Below are positions 58,276-64,000 of a stretch of DNA of 64,000 bases, piece by piece. The stretch is from Macrostomum lignano (Eukaryota). Every line of letters starts with the position of its first letter. Positions within the stretch are counted from its first letter, which is position 1. The translations under genes and the position numbers were made by a program. Below the pieces are notes generated by a model. It was not told the origin of the DNA. It searched no databases and saw only the letters and a program-made list of their open reading frames with translations. Location of the stretch: NCBI GenBank assembly GCA_002269645.1, contig NIVC01001310.1, positions 1 to 64,000 of the forward strand, read 5' to 3'.

Positions 58276-59614
58276 ATGGAGTATTCATTTACCTCCGACA
58301 CGTCCGAGGCTGCTGGAGCACCAACCGAGGTTGGCACCGCGGCCCAGCCGGACATTCGCAACACCGGAACCTCTCAATCTGCCGCTGCCGCCGCTCAGGA
58401 TAATACCGGAGTGGCTGGACAAGACAGCGGACCTCAGATTTCGAAAAAGAAGGCCCGTAGCATTGCTCGCTACAAAGCCTTTCTCCAGCGCAAAGCGGAG
58501 GAACGGAGGAATGCGAAAGCCGCCCCTCCGGCCACCTCTGAGGAGGGTGCCGGTAACTCTGCGAACCCCGCGGAGGAGCCGACATCCGACAAGGGGGTGG
58601 ACCCCGCGCGCCGGTCTGATGCGTCAGGTGCCGCCGAAGCTCCTGGTGCGGCTGGCCCCTCCCGTGACCGGACCTCTGCCCGTGTGGAAGCTCCCACGGC
58701 CGTGGAGGGATCCAAAGCGGGGGGCGCTGGCCAAACCACAAAGCCGAAGCGAACCTACGCGGCTATGGCCAAAAGGCAGCCGGCCCTGGTTATTCAAGGC
58801 CAGGAGACGCCTCTTACGGCCGAACAGCTCGACCTTATCTGGCGCAGGTTGGACTCCCACCTGGTCAAGATGGCCTTGAGCGGCACTACTATTCGAGTCC
58901 AAAAGACGAAAGTCGAGGACCAAGCCCTCTATATCCAGCCCACCGACAGCCAGTCAGGACAGCAGCTCCTCGAGCTGCTGAAAACCTTCGACTGGGGTAC
59001 GGAGCTGGAGAACCTGTTCATCTACAGGGAGGACGAGCGACCCCGGACACACCGGCACCGTGCCTGGATCCCGGCTCGCAGCTGCATCACCAAGGCCGAC
59101 GAGCTGCGTCACCTGCTAGTGGCTTCCAACCCGTGGCTACCGGCCAACGGTGTCGTAGTTCCAGCCAGGCGGAGACGGTTTCACGGCTATTCTTGGACTG
59201 TCGGATAGCTGGATGCTCCGCTACCCGGACATGTCCATCATCTCTGTCGGGCTGTTGCAGATTCAGCTCTTTAGCTTTGAGTCTGACGCCACCCGCCCAC
59301 CGCCCCCGGAGAAGCGTAAGCGGGCAGTCGGGGGCTCTGCCGGGCGGAAACGCCCAGGAAAAGAAGCTCCCGGTCGTCACGACCCCTCCGAGGACGTGGA
59401 CCCTGTCAGAGGGAAAGCCGCGAAAGCTACAGCAACAGGCGGACGTGGAAAGGGCCGGAAACCTGCCCGGAACACTATCCGCTCTGGTCTGACTCAGCGC
59501 GCGAAACAGCTGCTGGACACCGCCAAGGCCCCCAACCGCAGCCACCCCCAGCCCAGTGTCACCACTGCGGCCCCCCGGAAAACCGGGCCGAGAGCGAGAA
59601 TGCCGCCCAGGTAG
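58276..59614 (+). pseudogene. ORF1 of the RNase H LINE (frameshifted near 59150-59210)
   Basis: 310-aa ORF with low-complexity N-terminus and RTYAAMAK, continuing in another frame (MSIISVGLLQIQL...). Confidence 0.7.
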
Positions 59615-59717
59615 CGACCTCGCCCTCGACCATGGAATCCATCCGTGAGGAGCCCATGGAGCTGGAGCCTGGAGCTATCGGCGAGGCAGAAGAGGCAGCT
59701 CTCCTGCACAACTCGCC

Positions 59718-62700
59718 TTGAGCCGGCAGGAAGCTGCGCGGACCACTCGTGGAATTCCCGGAGTGGACATCCTGCAGCTTAACCTGCACCACTGCATCGC
59801 GGCCTCGACCAACCTGATGCGGGTGGCAAACTTTGCGAAACCGGGCATCATCCTACTCCAGGAGCCCTGGACAAAGAAAGGTAAGATTCCGAACATTCCT
59901 GCTGGTTTTGACTGTTTTCAAGACCCCAAAACCCCAGAGCAGCCATTTTCGTATCTACCCACCTCAAAGCTTGGCACAGACCGGACCTCTCTGACAGAGA
60001 CCTCTGTGTCATTCAGTCCAACCACATTATCACCAACCGCACGGTCATCATCGCCTCGATCTATATCCCTGGCGATGGCCCCGCGGTTCCACCCAACCTC
60101 ACCTCCCTCGTGGACTACTGCTCTAACCGTAGGTTCGAGCTGCTGGTGGCGGGCGACATCAACGCTCACCACACCCACTGGGGCAGTAATTCTTCCAATA
60201 GCAGAGGCGAGGAACTCCTTGCTTACATCTGCACCACCAACACTGAGTTTTGCAACACTGGTGGAACCCCCACCTTTGACAACGGGCGATGGACGGAGGC
60301 CCTCGACGTTACCCTCGTCTCCCATGGCTTGGCTCCTTTAGTCAAGGACTGGGAGGTGTGGGACGAAGAGGAGTCTCTGTCTGACCATCGCTTCGTTCGT
60401 TTTCGTCTGCAATCCTCTTGCCCCAAGCCTCACATTCTGTGGAAAAGGAACGTCCGGAACACTGACTGGACGGCTTTCACGGAAACCCTGAAATGCCAGA
60501 CAGATCAGCTGACTACCGTCGCTCCATCCACCTGTCAGGAAGTGGATGACCTTGCAGACTTGCTCAGCAAGACCGTCCTGACAGCCCATGAGGCTTCCTG
60601 TCCTCTTAAAGCCTACAAAGGCAAAAAATCCGCCCCCTGGTGGCACCCGGCGCTCGGATCCCTCCGGCGCAAGGCAAAGTGCCTCCAACGGAAAGCTCGC
60701 AAGAGCAAGGACCCAGCTGACCTGGCCGCCTATCAAGAAGCGATCCGTGACTTTAAGCGTGAAACCAGGAAAGCCAAGTCCGACAAATGGCGCCAATACT
60801 GCGCGGAGTTAGAAGGCACCCACCCCCCTCGACAAAATGTCCACAGGGCTCGCTGAGAACCCTGGGGAATCGCTGGACATTATGCTCACCAGCTCTTTCC
60901 CACGTGCCGCACCGCAGCTAGGCCCACCGGACCACTCTCCGGGCGGACAGATCCTGGCTTCGACCATCATTACTAGAGAGAGGACGGCTCGCGCCGCAAA
61001 ATCCTTCTCTCCTTTCAAGTCTCCGGGTCCTGACAACATTTATCCTGCCTTCCTTCATGAGGCAGTTAAAAATGACAGGTTTCTCGGCCTCCTCTGCAAC
61101 CTCTTCAAGGCCAGCATTACCCTCGGGTATGTGCCAAAAGCCTGGCAAGAGGCTACGGTAGTCTTCATACCCAAGCCAGGAATGGGAGACTATCACTCCG
61201 CCAAAGCTTACCGCCCTATCAGTCTGACGTCCTTCTTCCTCAAACTGATGGAACGGCTGGTGCTCTGGCGCCTTCTCCTCGTTGAGCTGAGGAACTCCCC
61301 GCTCTCCCCTAATCAGCACGCCTTTCGTCCTGGACGCTCCATCGAAAGTGCGCTGCACGCCATTGTCGACAAGCTGGAGCGCGCCGTGCTTGGCAGTGGA
61401 TACGCGCTGTCGCTTTTCCTCGACGTACATTGATGGTGCTTTCAACAATTTGCTCTTTGAAGCCTTTAAGCGAGCCCTGGAATCCTGGGGCACGCACGAG
61501 CACCTCACCCGCTGGATCATGTACAGGGTCTCTCATCGTACTGCCACCTCGCACCTCCTGGGACACTCACGCTCCGTGGAAGTCCAGAAAGGCGGACCGC
61601 AAGGTGGAGTCCTCAGCCCGATACTCTGGAATTTAGTCATGGACGAGCTGCTTTGCAGCCCGCATCCAGACCCTGTTCAGAAGGTCGGCTATGCGGACGA
61701 TGTTACCGCCACTGTGGCTGGACCATCGCCCGCGGTCCTCAGGGACCTCCTTCAAGCCTTCATCCACCGTGCCGAGCGCTGGGCACATAGCTGCGGTCTC
61801 AGGTTCTCTGAGTCTAAAACCGTGGCTATCATGTTCACCAGCCGCCGAAACTGGAGGATCGAACCGCTCTCCCTCTATGGCAAACCTGTTGCCATGGAGA
61901 AACAAACTAGATGTCTGGGCGTCACCCTCGACCACAGGTTGAGCTGGACCCCGCACGTCCAAACTAAAGCCCGCAAAGCTCTCGCGACTCTCGCGCAGAT
62001 CCGCAGAGCTTTCGGTGCTACCTGAGGCCTCACCCCCGCCGCCTCTGGTGGATTTACACTGCCATTGTTAGACCGGCCATCTCCTTTGCCGGCCTCATTT
62101 GGAACAGTGCCCTAGAGGTGAAAGGGGTTCTTGAGGTTTTAAATAGGGTGCAAGGCCACGCTTGTCGAGCTATCATGAGCGCGGCTCCCTCAACGCCCTT
62201 CGCTGGCATGAACTCCTTCTTGGACATTCCCCCCCTCGACCTCTTTGTTAGAGGGGAGGCTATGAAAACCACCTGTCGTCTGCTTGACGCGGGTGTCCAA
62301 ATCCAGAAGCAGTTTGCCTTCAGAAAGCGGAACCTCCGGCCGCATGGCGACCTCAGCCTGCGAGACCTGGAAGCAGCGAGAGGCCTGCTGACCCTCTCGG
62401 ACGGAATCCCGTCCACGCTCTGCCCCCGCTCAAATTCAAAACCAGCATTCCACCACGCCATGAAGCGAGAGACAACTGGAAACCCCATGAAATCCACTGC
62501 TTCACTGACGGGTCCCAAATCAACTCCGCCTCTGGCTACGGCTACTGCATCGTGTCTGGAGGGAGAACTGTGGCGACCTTCTCCCAACACACCGGCACCT
62601 GCTCCACCGTCTTCCAGAACGAAGTTCTCGCCATCAGCTCCTGCGCCATGGAGCTGTACAATCAGCACGTCTGGGAGAAGGAAATTACCCTCCACTCGGA

Positions 62701-63413
62701 CAGTCAAGCGGCGATTCACGCCCTTGAGCGCACCACCACCTGCTCGCGTACAGTCCTCGACTGCATCGGGCAGCTCAACCGCTTAGGCGCCTCCAACAAG
62801 GTGTCCCTAAGGTGGATCCCCGGGCATTCGGGCCACCCCGGCAACGAGCTGGCCGATCGCCTGGCCAAGGCTGGCTCGACCGGTTCTTTTACTGGTCCCC
62901 TGCCCGTGGCCCCCACCCCCACCGCCGTTGTCACCACTCGGATCAACCAGTGGGTGGCTTCTAAGCACAGGGAGAGGTGGGCTAACGCCCCCGACTGCCG
63001 GCAATCCCGCGCGGCTGTCCTGTCCCTCCTCCGCCCTACGCAGGGCCCTGCTTGGACTCAACCGCAGGGACATCAGGGCGGTTACCATGGCCCTCTCGGG
63101 TCATGGCTGCTTTGCCAGGCATCGTTACCTCCAGGAGAAAATCCGCAGTGAGGAATGCCCTTTCTGCCTCTCCGGTGTCGAGAATGCGGAGCACTTCATC
63201 TGTGAATGCCCCGCCTTTACTCAGGACAGGCACACCTACCTCGGCCCAAACCCGGACCTCTCTGACGTTTTCAGGCCCGAGAATCTCTGCCAGCTCGTCC
63301 GCTACCTAAGGGCTACCGGGCGAGCGACAATCCACCTCCTGGACTCTCCGGAGGGGGACCGCGCTGCGGACGCCGGCGCCACCGGAACTCCCTGCGCGAC
63401 ACCGCAGCACTAG
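59718..63413 (+). pseudogene. ORF2 of the RNase H LINE: APE, RT, RNase H, CCHC; several frameshifts/stops
   Basis: ILQLNLHHC...LLQEPW; AGDINAHH; SDHRF; KSPGPD; YRPISLTS; GGPQGGVLSP; GYADD; FTDGS; HSDSQAA; [19 protein letters not shown]; CPFC....E..EHFICEC. Confidence 0.93.
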
Positions 63414-63506
63414 CTGCCCGTGGTCGCCAGGGGTTAGCAAAATGGGCGGCAATGCCTCCTTGCTGTTTCCGGACGCACGGAGCCCCCTGCAGCTAAGTAA
63501 AAAAAG

Positions 63507-64000
63507 TAGCAGTTCATCGACAGACAGCAGTGAGATGAGCAGTACAAGCTCAGCTGAGCAGTGACGCATGCACGACTGTATCCAAGCGTTAACGATGAAA
63601 TTAACTCCGACTTAAGTGTTGCAGGTGAGTTGACGCCGGTTGCTGGACAATACAAACGTTTTTCTATTTCAATGAAATAAGCAAATCGGTTTATGATTGC
63701 AGAGCACTTAATTTTAAGTAACTCTGAAATTCCAGAACATAGCTTTTGTCACATGATTTTTGTGTTTGCTAAAGGCTCGTTCACAGCGCCGTCAAAAGTG
63801 GCCGAACAGGATTTTTACATTCATATTTTTATGACCATTCAATTAAACATCACATAATTGCAAATAATTTCATGGCTGCGTGAACGAGCCATAAGAATGC
63901 GATTTCTATGAGGGATGATAATACCTGAATGTGTACTTTGACGTAGGGATTACAATTAGCTTCTCCGAGCGTACCTGTGTATGTAGAAAGTTGAAAATTC
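63507..64000. repeat. Inverted segmental duplicate of 42008-42501, continuing past the window end
   Basis: Near-identical reverse complement. Confidence 0.97.

Larger units (their letters stand above)
57668..63506 (+). mobile_element. Apparently full-length LINE with RNase H (I group, Loa-like)
   Basis: 13-bp TSD TAGCAGTTCATCG (57655-57667, 63507-63519); short A tail; ORF1 and APE-RT-RH-CCHC ORF2. Confidence 0.95.
55145..63564 (+). pseudogene. 5'-truncated inverted duplicate of the caspase-like gene, interrupted by a foldback element and a LINE
   Basis: 55145-55506, 57328-57667 and 63507-63564 are near-identical reverse complements of ~43180-42444; frameshift near 55380. Confidence 0.92.

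Overview
Eukaryotic (metazoan, probably invertebrate) genomic DNA with GT-AG introns, very rich in minisatellites and transposons. It resembles flatworm DNA such as Macrostomum, but that is inference only. Host genes: a 10-coding-exon soluble guanylate cyclase (minus, 6573-16869) with a same-strand nested C-type lectin/PAN gene, an SZRD1-like gene, a TMEM35/NACHO-like gene and an intronless caspase-fold protease with paracaspase-like specificity residues (42444-44216). The protease has a broken inverted duplicate (55145-64000). Mobile DNA: a degenerate piggyBac, a degenerate mariner, several MITEs, a foldback/Mutator-like element, a young full-length Ty3/gypsy element (17291-26645), a Jockey-like LINE whose ORF1 carries an AlkB-like dioxygenase domain, and a full-length RNase H-containing LINE. 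The most unusual signal is in the gypsy LTR. Its 3' end is a 51-54 bp periodic array of four 'LTR-end + tRNA primer-binding site' units with different PBS sequences, three of them inside both LTRs. The same element has an orphan third ORF.
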